DNA of 63,231 nucleotides, the filler included, from Klebsormidium nitens (taxonomy: Eukaryota > Plantae > Klebsormidiophyceae): assembly GCA_000708835.1 (NCBI GenBank). It is 4 parts of 4 records of this genome, joined end to end, with 100 filler letters (N's around TTAATTAATTAA, not from the genome) between each part and the next. Parts side by side here need not be neighbours in the genome. Positions count along the whole stretch, not along the records: positions 1 to 26,136 come from DF237840.1; 3 more parts are not named here. One strand, 5' to 3'. The notes under the pieces are model-generated. The model was given only the letters and a program-made list of their open reading frames with translations, ran no database searches and was not told the DNA's origin. Positions 1 through 11,713 of the stretch are shown here, piece after piece. Both the position numbers and the translations under genes were made by a program. The first letter of the stretch is position 1. Each line of letters opens with the position of its first letter.

Positions 1-163
1 CAGGCCTTCCCCGTACGGATAGCCCTTGCACCCATCCAAGTCGGAGGGTTCACACGACTAGGGTCGCGAGCACCCCCCTCCTCCTTCTTTCGGGTCGAAG
101 CCAAGCTCAACAACCACAGAGGATCCGCGCTCATTCACGATCGCGTCGCGGAAGTCAACACCC

Positions 164-664
164 TGTCAGAATTCGGTGATATGGTCAGCCGAATTACTAT
201 GTGATTAGGGTTCGATCCGTGTAGGGTTTGGACTAGTGAGCGCCGGCGTTCGTGTACGGCGATTAGGCGGTTAGACCTTTAGGCGGATTGGAGGTTACTA
301 AGGCGGTTGAGAGCGACCATCAGTGTAAGCCGTAGATGAGGCTATTGAAGGCTAAAATTCAGTGTGACTGTAAGCTAGGCTAGTGAGCCTAGCAGTGTGT
401 GACTTTAGGCTAGTAAGCCTAGTAGGCTAGTGAGCCTAGTGGAACGGGAAGACCCGTGAGACAATAGCGGAGAGAAACACTATTGTGATACATCATTCGA
501 AGAGAAGTTTGTGGAGAAGGAAGCCGCTTGTTAGCGCTTCGTGTGTTCCACTTGAGATGCATGGCTGGCATCAATGAGTCATGATGATGGGTGCCGAACA
601 ACACGATAACACCCACTGACGAGTAACTCAACTACACTACGACTCCCTACCATGAGTTTCAACA
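164..664. mobile_element. Solo LTR (501 bp) with 5-bp TSD
   Basis: Starts TGTCAGAA and ends TTTCAACA. CACCC flanks both sides (159-163 and 665-669). Removing it restores element A's integrase sequence. Confidence 0.85.
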
Positions 665-1374
665 CACCCTACCTTCCCGCTCCGGAGGACTCCTTGGAGT
701 TTGGCTCGTAACCCAAAAACACCCCGCGCTCGCTCACCAACTCCATTTTCTTCCGGTTTCCCTTGGGCACGTGGATGTAGGCCCGCACTCCAAACACCCG
801 CAAGTGGCTAAGGTTTGGCTTTTCCCCGTAAACATCTCTCACGGGGTCTTGCCGGGCACGCTTGAGGGCACCCGGTTCCGCGTGTAGTTAGCAATAATTA
901 TCGCTTCCGCCCACAACTTCGGATCCAACTTGGCGCCTTCTAGCAAAGCCCGCCCCCTTTCCTCGAGCGCCCGATTCAAAGGCTCCACTGAACCGCTTTG
1001 TTCGGGAGAGTCCCCCACGTTGGTCCATTGCACCGTCCCTCCATTGCCGAGGAGGGCCGTCAAACCCTCGTTGACGTACTCCCCACTTCGGTCCGTCTGC
1101 ACCGACTTGACCTTCTTCTCGGATTGCAACTCCAACCGAGCAAACACGCTCTCCATGACTGCGTGACGCCGCTCTTCCGCTTCATCGGTTGCACCACCGA
1201 AAGCTTGCTATAGTCGTCGAGGAAAGTGGCCAAGTCCCTACTCCCCCCTATGACGTTACCGGCATGGGCCCGCACATGTCCATGTGCACTAGCTCGAGGG
1301 ACTCCTAAGAGTCCAACTCCTTGAGGAACGGCGTCTGGGTCTGCTTCCCCATGATGCAAGGCTCGCACACCATG

Positions 1375-1772
1375 TGTTAAAATCATACACACATGCTTGC
1401 AAGAACGTAGGGTCTAACCACCCTGTTTACAAGCGCCTTTACCAAAGAAGCGCTCTCCTCCCAACAAGCATCTCTTAGTATGAGTTTTCATCCCCATACA
1501 AACGTCCAAGTTATACTAGTCGAGCTTACAATCAGCCCTCTAGTGCGCAACCTCGACAATCCACGGTCGTCGTGGAACTCGATCGTCACTCTACAATGTA
1601 CTCATCTAACGGCTGAAATCGTACTACTCCTCATACGTAAAACCTCCATGATCGACCACTCACACGGGGTAACATTTCAAGATCGTACGGTCTCAATTAG
1701 CCTAGCTAAACTAGCTAGTAACCACGGCCTACACCAGCAATTTGCCCGCCTAACCAACCCCAACTTCCAACA
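1375..1772 (-). repeat. 3' LTR of the gag-protease element
   Basis: TGTTAAAATC...CTTCCAACA, collinear with 3644-4026 (roughly 80-85% identical by eye). Confidence 0.9.
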
Positions 1773-1808
1773 CTCCCGCGCGGACTAATTGTTGAGTGCT
1801 CCCCCGCG

Positions 1809-3558
1809 CTAGCCTCTACGGCCCGTCTTCTTCTTGGCCTTCGGCGTCACGGTCACCCTACCCTCGTTCGCCTCGCCGCCGCCGTACCTCGCCGGCGCTA
1901 CTCGTGCCCGCTCCGGATAATGCTTGTTGCCTGCTTCCGGCGACGTCGCTTCCTCACTCTCAACAAAAAACAACCTCCCCAACCATGTGTGCTCCCACGA
2001 CTTTTGCTACGGTTGCTCCCACGGCCTCCGCTACACGCGCTTCCACGGCTTTCGTTGCGCCGCGCACCTCCGTCACCATTTTCGTGGGGGCCTCCGATTC
2101 CCCGACGCTCACATCCACCGATTGGGTCTGTTTCAACCCATCGTCCGACTCATCGTCCAACTCAAGGTCAACCTCAATGAACTTGACCGGCTTCACCTCC
2201 ACCCGCTTTCTCTCCGCAACTACGGGCGGCTTCCTTGCCGCCTCTCCAGTCCTCCCACCCACGTTGGCCGGCCTTTTGACCGCCAAGAACGCTCTTCCCT
2301 TTTTCACCGTTGCAATCTCCCACAACGCGTCGCGTTGCACGGCCTCCATGCGGACTACAACTCCCTTCTCGAACCGGGCTACTCCTCTCTCAAAGCAAAC
2401 CCTTGCTCCCGCGTCATTTGCTTTCCACATCGCCAACAAGTTCGCCCTTGCTCCGGGAACGTGCCAAACCTCATTCAAGGTTACCATGCTCGCCCCAGTT
2501 GGCGTCTCACACTCCAAGAGAACCTTTCCAACCCCACCGCCTTCAAGGCTTCTCCCCCAATCCCCCCAATTTTCTTTGTACGTGCAAGTCTGTCATAGAT
2601 TGCGAATTTACCCCTATTTGCCGTGATGTGTTACTTCCCGAATCGACGAGCAATACCCCCGCCGGCACCCGCGCCTCCTTGTGCCACGCCTTAAACGCCA
2701 CACCTATAAACTCTTGCCGGTTCTCACCTCCGCAACCCGTACCACCCCGGACTTTCCTACACATTGAGAGGATGTGTCCCCTCTCCCCGCAATTGTAGCA
2801 CTCCTTGTCCACGTTAAACTTCCGACAAATAGTCCCGGACGTGGCCCTTCTCACAGCAAGCATAGCAAGTTCTCGTGTCAGGTTTTCTCCCTCCGGTGAC
2901 TATCCACTCGCTTGACCCCTTGGCAACGGTTACCTCGTACCATTCCCGCTTGGCAGCAAACGCCGAAGCCGGCATATTCTCCTTTATCCCTCCCCTCCAG
3001 AGTTCCTAACACTGCGTCCAACCTCAAACGTTGCTCCATTGGCATGAGCTCGGGTTGAACCGCATCCAACGTCAATTCCATTTCACCCAACTCTAGAAGC
3101 TCCACTAGAGTTGCATACTCCTTAGGCAACCCATTCAACGCATGGACCGCCCAATCTACCTCCGAGACGGTTTGCACCGCCGTCTTCAAGTCCATCTTGA
3201 TGTGGCGGAAGTCTCCCACATACTCCGCGACGCTTTTCTCGGGTGTCAACTTCAAGCCTAAAAAGTTCAACCCTAACTTCCTTCAAGCCTTTAACGCCGT
3301 ATCCGCCCCGGCAAAGAACTTTACATATGCATCATCCGTATGCATAAGCATCAAACCTCCCGCTTGGCTTGACAACTACTTTCCTTCTACAGACTCCGGC
3401 TTGTCTAACACACACAACCACTCTTTATAGGCAAAAAGAACCCGGAACTTGTCCTTCCACGTGGACCACTTCTCTTCGTTTAGAACTGGGATCCGAGCGG
3501 TGGCCTCGTTCACTCCCGCCAACTCTTCCACGGTAACGGTTTCCTTTACCGTTCCCAA
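1809..3558 (-). pseudogene. Disrupted Copia gag-protease ORF
   Basis: ORF pieces 3376-3558, 2878-3270, 2543-2863 and 1960-2517, then a -HYPERARVAPARY- linker ending at TAG 1809-1811. Several stops and frameshifts. Confidence 0.8.
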
Positions 3559-3643
3559 ACGCTCCTCAAGATTTTTCTGTTCCCCTTACAACGACCGCTT
3601 CATCCTCTTCAATACCTAGAGTGCGTCGTGTGGGCTCATAACC

Positions 3644-4026
3644 TGTTGAAATCATATACACATGCTTGCAACAACATAGGGTCTAACCACCCTGGTTACA
3701 AGCGCATTTACCAAAAAAGCGCTCCCTTCTCAACAAGCATCTCTTGATATGAGTTTTCATCACAAAACAAGCCTCAAAGTCATACTAGTCGAGCCTACAA
3801 TCAGCCCTCTAGTGCGCAACCTCGACAATCAACGGTCGTCTCTTGATCGTCACTCTACAGTGAACTCATCTAACGTACTACTCCTCTTATGTCTAACCTC
3901 CATGATCGACCGTTCACACGGGGTAACAACTCAAGATCGTACGGTCTCAAGTAGCCTAGCTAAAGTAGCTAGTACCCACGGCCTTAAGCAACAATTTGGC
4001 CGCCTAATCAACCCCAACTTCCAACA
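3644..4026 (-). repeat. 5' LTR of the gag-protease element
   Basis: TGTTGAAATC...CTTCCAACA, followed directly on the minus strand by the PBS. Confidence 0.9.
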
Positions 4027-4299
4027 CCACGGCCTTCTCCTCCCGAAAACGCCTCGGCATTGATCCCCACACATCGAACCCATCCTTCTTCGACCATCTT
4101 CGGCAAGCTCTCGTGTTCGCAACCGGGGGTCCTCCTCATCTCTTCCAGCCCTGCCTTGTCCCTGCGCATAGTTTCAACTTGCCCTCATTTTGGCCCGTTT
4201 GTGAAAGCGCGCACGGTAGCCGCTGATAGAGAGCGCGGGCAGCCGCGTCGTCGTTACGCAGAGATTCAATTTTGGGTCCCTTCTAGACCTCCATGTGAA

Positions 4300-7200
4300 T
4301 GTTGAATTTAAATAGTACTACTATTGTGTGAGCACGATCAAGATCCTAGATGATTTTGTAGCCGTTCATTGAGTTTGGTTATTACCCCTTGGCAATTACC
4401 GGCCATTGGCAATCACCCCACTGGCATTTACCCCACCGGCAGTTACCCCATTGGTAGTTACCCCATTGGTAGTTGCTCCCTAGACCAGCATGGACTCGTT
4501 GGATATGCATCTTTGTGAAATCCTGAGGCCAGGCCGTTGATGTTTGAGTTGACTCACATTTAAGCTAGAGTTGGCTTCGACCAAGTAGACCTAGCCCCGA
4601 AATTATGACTTGGACCATTGACTTATATTGGACACTTATTTCCTAATAGTTGTGCTTGACTTGGAACGCGCTCTAAGGCGCTTGCTTTCAACAGGTCATG
4701 AGACCACGACGCTAGGAGTGAGGGAAGAGTAGTAAGCCGTTGCTAGCAACAACAATTCTAGGTTGGTGAAAGGTATTCCAGTGGGGGCTAAGAAGTGGAG
4801 TAACACTCTATCTCGCGACGCCCGTGAAAATACCTACAAACTTCTCGGCACAGGGGAGTACCCATGTCACGCCCGTTGATGTCGAGTGCGTTTCATGTCG
4901 AGCGCGCTGCGCTTGCAAACGCGCCGTGCACCGCATAGCTAGCTAGCGCGCGGCTCTAGCCGCCGCGGCTATCACATTGCCGGATGCGCTCTCGGGTCCG
5001 GGTTCACCCGCGCTCGCACATGCGCGAGCACAGGCTCCGACCTATCGTGCATACGACATACGCGGTCCCTGGTCGCTCTAGATGCTAACCAAACCGTATA
5101 TGCATTGGCTTCTGGCCGTTAGATTTAGCGATAGACGCTTATCAGACACCGCCAGCTCGACTCGGTTCGCACCCGGTCTTCCCGGTAGCAACCCGATCTA
5201 GCATATCTGGCGAACATTCGATCCCTTCGATAGCGATCGCATTTTGACCGTCCGATGACGGGGTCGACGGCTCACATTCCGCCAGCATATTGGTGTGCGC
5301 GCCAACATGGCGTCACCTCGTTTGACCACCATCCATTGGGATAGTATATTTCGACTCAATAGTTGCGCCCATTCATACGTGTAGCGTGTTACTCAGTGTA
5401 GCGTTACATTAGCACAGACTTTACATTCTACGACGACTCACATTCGACAGATTTTGTTAGACCTACCGGCACTTTGACGACGTTACGTAGCTTTCGATTA
5501 TAGTGTGACTGTAGACTCCGTTGCATTAGCGCGATACGTACATACCGAGGACCTTTGTAGACTCGATAGACATTAGCGACCCTGCGCGCCACCTTGCCAT
5601 TCTTTGTGCAAGTGGTTGCTCGTTTTGCCCTTGCATCTACCTAGCTTGCTTCCTTCTTGTCTCGCCATTGCTTCCGCTCATGCATGACAGCCAGCCCTTA
5701 GCGACCACTTGGCATAGCAGAGTCATTGCTCGTTGCCTCCACGTTGCCGTGTGCCCTAGAGGAGCTTGGCCACGTGACGGCTGCAAGCTCGTTGGAGACT
5801 AGAGCCATGATGCATATCATGCACGGATTGTCAGGCTGCATTTAGCCGTAGCTTGCATAGCATGTCATTACGCAAGGCCGCATGGCCCATTTTCAATTTC
5901 CTGACTTCACGTCAGACGGCCTCGACTCGATTAGGGCTCGATCCAGACATGCATGACACCCAGCCCAAAAAGCGTTGTTTGGCTAGCTAGCGATAAAGAT
6001 GGCTTAAGGACTCGAGGTCAATATAGAGCCTCTAAATGTTGACAACTAGACGGTGTGGTCATAGAGGATGCAACCCTTCCTCAAACACAAGAAGTTGTGG
6101 AAAGAGGTTACGAATCCGGCCGCTGATGCGAAGAGGACCGAGGAAGCAAGAGCTTTGATAGGCTTGCACGTTCGGCAACAGCACCTTAGGACAATCTTAG
6201 TTGCAGACAATGCCAAGAAAGCTTGGAACGCGCAAGAGAAGACCTACAAGGGCAAAAGTGCAGCTCGGAAGTTGTCCCTCAGGCATGAGTTGAGCACCCT
6301 CAAGATGAGGTTTGGTGAGTCCGTTGCCGATATGTGGGTAGGGCACAAGACCCTTGCCGGGACTTGGTTGCTGCTGGTGTTAAGATGAAGCGGGATGATC
6401 TATCCTTTACCGTGCTTGCCGGGTTGACTAGCCGGGTCTGAGGGGCTGGTACGGTGTTGACGTCGGCCAAGGAGGAGCTCGACTCGGTGAAGTTCTTTCC
6501 ACGTTGCAGGTGTTGAGCTGAGGCATGGGCTGTCAGCCTAGGAGCAAGACAGCGGGGCCTCGGGCTCGGCAAAAGTGGTAGCCTATGCTGCCGAGGGTGG
6601 CAACTTTGCCGGGAAGGGCAAGGGAGGCCCGGGGAAGGCTTCCATAGGTTGCCACAAGTGAGAAAAGCTTGGGCACTTTGAGAGGGAGTGCATGTCAGGG
6701 CCCCGAGAGCCCGAGAGGCCCAAAACGGGAAAAAAGTGCTACACTTGCGGTACCCCAAACCACTTCAAGAGGGATTGCCCAAAGAAGGGGGAAATCAGGG
6801 CAGGGAAGGGGTTGCTTTTGAAGCCCGGGAAGGGTTGGACACCGGGAGGTGGATTAATGACTCAGGGGCTTCCCAACACATAATGGGGTCCAGAGCCTTT
6901 TTCTCGAGGTTGGAGATGCTTGAGCCGGGGGCCCGGAGAATCAAATTTGAGAACAATTTGGTTCTTTGAGGAAGCCGGGGTTGGCACCGTGGAGTTGCGG
7001 TGTGAGACGCCCTTCGGAGAGCGGGATAACCGTCTCCGCGAGGTGGCATATGTTCCCGATGTGGCGGAAAATGTCTTTTCGGTGAAGAATTCGACCGCGG
7101 TAGGGGCGGCGGTTGTGTTTGTCAGGGAGGTGTGTAAATTGACCGTGGCCGAAAGATTGTGCTTCGGGCGGAGGATAAAGTGGAGGGCATGTCGATTGTC

Positions 7201-9765
7201 TGCCAACCGAAAGCAACGTGGGAGGACACGTGCTTGCTCGTGAGGGAAGCCGAGACCCCGGTGTTGTGGTATCGGAGATTGGGGCACGCCGGATACGAGA
7301 GGTTGGCCAAGATGGTCGACCTCAAGCATCGGTCGGGGTGTGGGGGTAAAAGCCGAGGCGTTTCGGGAGGAGAAGACCGTGGTTGTGCGAGCCTTGCATC
7401 ATAGGGAAGCAAAGCCGACGCCGTTTCCCAAGGAGTCGGACTCTAAGGAGAGGACGGGGCCCTCGAGCTAGTGCACATGAACGTGTGCGAGCCCATGCTG
7501 GTGACGTCAAAGGGGGTGTGTAGGTACTTCGCCACTTTTCTCGACGACTATAGCAAGCTTTCGGTGGTGCAATCGATGAAGCGGAAGAGCGACGTCACGG
7601 CGGTCACGGAGAGCGTGTTTGCCCGGTTGAAGTTGCACTCCGTTAAAAAGGTCAAGTTGGTGCAGACGGACTAGGGTGGGGAGTAGGTCAACGAGGGTAT
7701 GACGGCCCTCCTCGGCAAGAGAGCCTGGACGATGCAACGGACCACGGTGGGGCACTCTCCCGAACAAAGCGGTTCGGCGGAGCGATTGAACCGGACGCTC
7801 GAGGAAAGGGGGCGGGCTTTGCTACAAACGCCCGATTGGATCCGGAGTTGTCGGCGGAAGCGATGGTTACCGCTAACTACACGCGGGATGGGGTGCCTCG
7901 AGCGTGCACGGCAAGACCCCGTGGGAGACGTTTACGCGGAGAAGCCAAACCTTAGCTACTTGCGGGTATTTGAAGCGCGGGCCTACATCCACGTGCCCAA
8001 GGGAAACCGGAAGAAGATGGACTAAGTCCAAGGCGTCCCGGGTCCTCCGAGCGGGGGATAGTAGAGTGTTGACTTCCCGCAATGTGATCGTGGATCAGCG
8101 AGGATCCTCTGTGGTTGTTGAGCTTGGCTCCGACCGAAGGAGAAGGGGGTGCTCGCGACCCTAGTCGTGTGAGCCCTCCGACTCGGATGGATAAAGGGCT
8201 ATCCCCACGGGGAAGGCCGGCACTCAGCCGGGTGCAGGAGCTATTTCTATGGGGAAGGCCGGCACCGAGAGAGATGGGGTTGATTTTCCGCAGAGCGGAA
8301 GCGAGGAGATCGGGTTGCCCGTCGAAGGGGACGGGGATACCGAGGATCTCACGAAAGACGAGATGGCGGACCGCAGATACCCCACTAGAGCGAGGCGGGC
8401 GTCCAAGGAGTGGTACCGGGCAATTACGGCGGCGGAGTCGGGGGAGCACCCCAAGGGGTCGGGGGAGCATTCGGAGCTCCCAACGTATCAGAAAGCCATA
8501 GGGGGAAGAAGAGAGCGAGCTCTGACGGAAGTCGATGGACGAGGAGATGCAATCCTTGTTGGAGAACGGGACGTGGGAGCTTCTCAAAAAACCGGAGAGG
8601 GTGAAGCCGATTCCCATGAAGTGGGTTTACAAATTTAAGCGGGATGAGCGCGGGAACGTGGAGCGGTATAAATCTTGCGTAGTGGCAAAAGGGTACATGC
8701 AAAAGCAGGGAATTGACTTCGAGGAAGTCTACGCCCCGGTGAGCAAGCACACGACTTTGCGGGCGCTTCTTGCGGTGGTCGCGGAGCGCGATTTGGAGTT
8801 GCACCAGTTGGACGTCAAGACGGCGTTCCTCAACGGTGAGCTTGAGGAGGAGAAGTTCATGCTGCAACTGCAGGGGTACGAGCAGGACGGATCCCGGAGC
8901 GCACCCTGTACGGATTCGCCAGGCGCCGCATGCGTGGCACACGCGTCTGAAGGAGGAGCTCGGGAATATCAAGTTCGTGGCATCCTCTGCGGATGCGGCG
9001 CTCTTTTCGGGAGTGGTGAACGGGGGAGCAAGTCTACCTCATCGTGTGGGTCGACGACGCCTCATCGCGGCCGAGGGCGGAGTGGATAGCGAAGGTGAAG
9101 GCGCACTTGGTGGAGAAGTTCGACGTGCGGGAATTGGGGGAGGCGATGTACTTCCTCGGGATGGAGCTGTCGCGCGACCAATAGGCGCGCACCCTAAAGC
9201 CGACGCTGAAGAAGGTGACGGGGGAGCTAATCGCAAGGCACGGATTGATGGGCGCGCGGGTGCGCTTGGTGCCTCTTGCCACGGGGGAGAAGTTGACGAA
9301 GGAGGGGATGCCGCTTGACACGGCGAACTTCTCCAACAACGAGCTCATTAAGAGTATGTTGCACTTGAGTGTGTGCACGCGGCTCGAAATCGCTCAGACC
9401 GTGGGGGCCTGGCGCGCGCGGTGGTGCGCTACTTGGCAGGAACGGGAGCGGCCGGAATCACCTTTGAAGGGAGCGAAGACGTTCTAGAGGGGTTTTGCGA
9501 CGCGGAATCTGTGGGGACGCGGATTCAAGGCGTTCCACGACCGGGTACGTCTGCCTGATGTTTGGGAAGCGGTGAGTTGGTCAAGCCGTCTGCAGGCAAC
9601 GGTGGCAATGTCGACGGTGGAATACTTGAATGCGGCACAGGTGTAGGTGAAGTAGGCGCTGTGGTTTCGCAAGTTGGGGGGAGACTTGGGGCTGGAGCTA
9701 GGGACGGTTTAGATCTATCGCGACAAGCAAGGGGCAAAACTGCTTCTTTGAGCTCGAAATTGCCG
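4300..9765 (+). mobile_element. Degenerate Ty1/Copia element C (5' LTR, PBS, gag-pol pseudogene), 3'-truncated within RNase H
   Basis: LTR 4300-4693 (TGTTGAA...TTCAACA) and PBS GGTCATGAGACCA at 4694-4706. Motifs in Copia order: gag (AKKAWNA...RKLSLRHELSTLKM), knuckle CYTCGTPNHFKRDC, protease WINDSGASQH, integrase LWYRRLGH and FLDDYSK, RT KWVYKFK...HQLDVKTAFLNG, RNase H GFCDA. Confidence 0.92.
4865..5958. mobile_element. Solo LTR-like insertion (1094 bp) with 4-bp TSD
   Basis: TGTCA...TGACA termini. CCCA on both sides (4861-4864 and 5959-5962). Noncoding interior. It sits between the PBS and gag of element C. Confidence 0.7.
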
Positions 9766-11713
9766 TCCTTCTTGACAACATCGACGCGACTTCGTTTGCT
9801 TGCTCACCGAGATAAATTCGCCGCCACCCCCGGCACAACATCACGTTGTACTGAGTGACCAGACTTTCTACGGTCGATGTCGCATACCGCAGCTCGAGCG
9901 AGCCGTTCCTTTGGACCATAGGGTTCCCTTGTCCCTACATGTGGATTCTCGGCCCACTCCTCAAAAACATTTCAAAGGTCTCAAACAGGCTCTTGTCTCC
10001 AATAGGTGTCGGGAGCTACCCAAATCAACGAGCTTGTACCCGTCGATACACACCCCCTCAATAATGGGCGACACCCTTGGGAGGCTTCGCCTTTTTCTAG
10101 TGGTCCGACTTGTGCTCCCGCTTGTCCGACTTTTCTGCAGTTCCGGGCATTGTGACCGAACTCCCCGCAATTATAGCACTTAGGCCCCTTGCCACGGCTC
10201 TAATCATGTCGTAGACTTTCTCCTTGCTCCCTTGCCGCCGGGCCACATGGGCCACAGCGGGGTCGGCCACACTGCCACTCTTTTCCTTGGGCAACTCCTC
10301 AAACTGCCGCTCGTGCACAAAGAGGATCACATCCATCAAGCTTATGGCGCCCCCCCAGCCTTTAGAATTGTTCTCAAGGAATCTAACGTCTTGGGCAATC
10401 CCGCAAGCACGCTCCATGCCAAGTTTTATTTTTGCTCTTTCTTTCTTGTTCTTTTTTGTCCCGGCTTCATCTCAAAACACAAAAACTGGTGGCGACCAAG
10501 TCTGTTTGCCCGTCCAACATACATGGTCACGGGATCATGTTCGACTTCATCTTAAAATAATGCAACTCTTGCATGAGCTGCATCTTCCTTGCATTGATTT
10601 TGTTTTTGTAGGTCTTCTCAAGGAATTCCCAAGCCTGCTTTGCAATTTTGCAGGCTTCAATGGTTGTCCTTAACGTTCAGTTCGATGATGGACAACGTTG
10701 CTTTTAATCGAGCTGGATGCGCTACGGGATCCTTAACTCCATTCCATAGATCCATGGAAGTCAGAAAAAACTCAATCTTTAAACTCCATGTTCTGGAGTT
10801 CACCACACCCAACTTATCGATGTGGGTCCTGTATCCGTCGGTCATTTCGGAATTGCGTTCCCTTTCTCTCTTTCTCAAAACCAAAGGTGAAATTTCCTTT
10901 CCGGGCTTTCCTCGCCACTTGATTCCCCTTACGGAATTACGAATGTCGCTTTGCTTGAAGAGCATCCACGATAAAGCGGACCGCCCCCACCGATGCCTTC
11001 ATTGACCGAAGAGAACCATTGGCCGACCTCGGCGCAAAGATTCAACAATCGCCTTCCTGGAGGCCTACTATTGAATGCTTGCCCTCTCACTCCCTAGGCG
11101 CCGTGGTACGCCGTCGTGCGCCATGGGCCCAATACCTGTTGAAAAACGGCGTTGTTGAGAATGAGTGATCGAATGGTCAAGTTCAAACAATGTATATCCA
11201 GTATTTGGAGTCTAGCGATCCTAATGCATGGTGTCCGTGTGCTATGCTAGACCCACCCAACTAGAGTCACACTCTTAGTCTAGATTTATGCTGATAGCCT
11301 AGTAGACTCGATTACCGCGGATAAGCAAGTCCGAAACTTTCGGACAACTCTGAATATCTACGGCTAGTATCGAACCTACTCATCACGGCGGTTTTCACTA
11401 TTAGTTATCCGAATGCACATTTAATTGCCAACCGTAACCACCCATTACCGGCAAACTCCCGTCGACGTCACCCAAGAGATTGGGCACACTATCTAACGGT
11501 CGAGATGCCCGAATGACTATTACGATAAGCGTCGAATTGAAGTAGGCCCGATAATAGCCGTCGATGTACGGTACGGAGTAGAATGTTTGGATTGACCGAG
11601 CGATTCACCATTGAGCATACTAGGCTAGTAGTGTCGACTCAGAGATAGGCCATGATCCCCAAACAATCCATACACATTGTGCGAACTTGATTGATTCAAT
11701 ATCACTCCCAACA
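9766..11713 (-). mobile_element. Truncated Copia element D (5' LTR, PBS, gag, protease), tail-to-tail with element C
   Basis: LTR 11137-11713 (minus strand TGTTGGGAG...TTTTCAACA). PBS GGTATTGGGCCCA at 11136-11124. Gag N-terminus IDKLGVVNSRTWSLKIEFFLTSMDLW and protease-like KLVDLGSSRHL. The left boundary is approximate. Confidence 0.8.

Larger units (their letters stand above)
1375..4026 (-). mobile_element. Two-LTR non-autonomous Copia derivative encoding gag and protease only (TR-GAG-like)
   Basis: LTRs at 1375-1772 and 3644-4026. PBS GGTTATGAGCCCA at 3643-3631. Polypurine-like CGCGGGAG next to the 3' LTR. TSD CCATG (1370-1374) versus CCACG (4027-4031). Internal frames show gag, a CCHC knuckle (CYNCGERGHILSMC) and protease (LLVDSGS). 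No IN, RT or RNase H motifs. Confidence 0.85.
1..4299 (-). mobile_element. Degenerate Ty1/Copia element A (integrase region). It hosts two nested insertions and continues past the window start.
   Basis: Minus-strand frames give Copia integrase text (FLDDYSKLSVVQ, VQTDRSGEYVN, PKLWAEAIIIANYTRNR, RAYIHVPKGNRKK) with stops and frameshifts. The sequence mirrors the + strand element at about 7330-8220. The EKAV/VCEPCIMGK segment is split by the 1375-4026 insertion. Confidence 0.88.
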
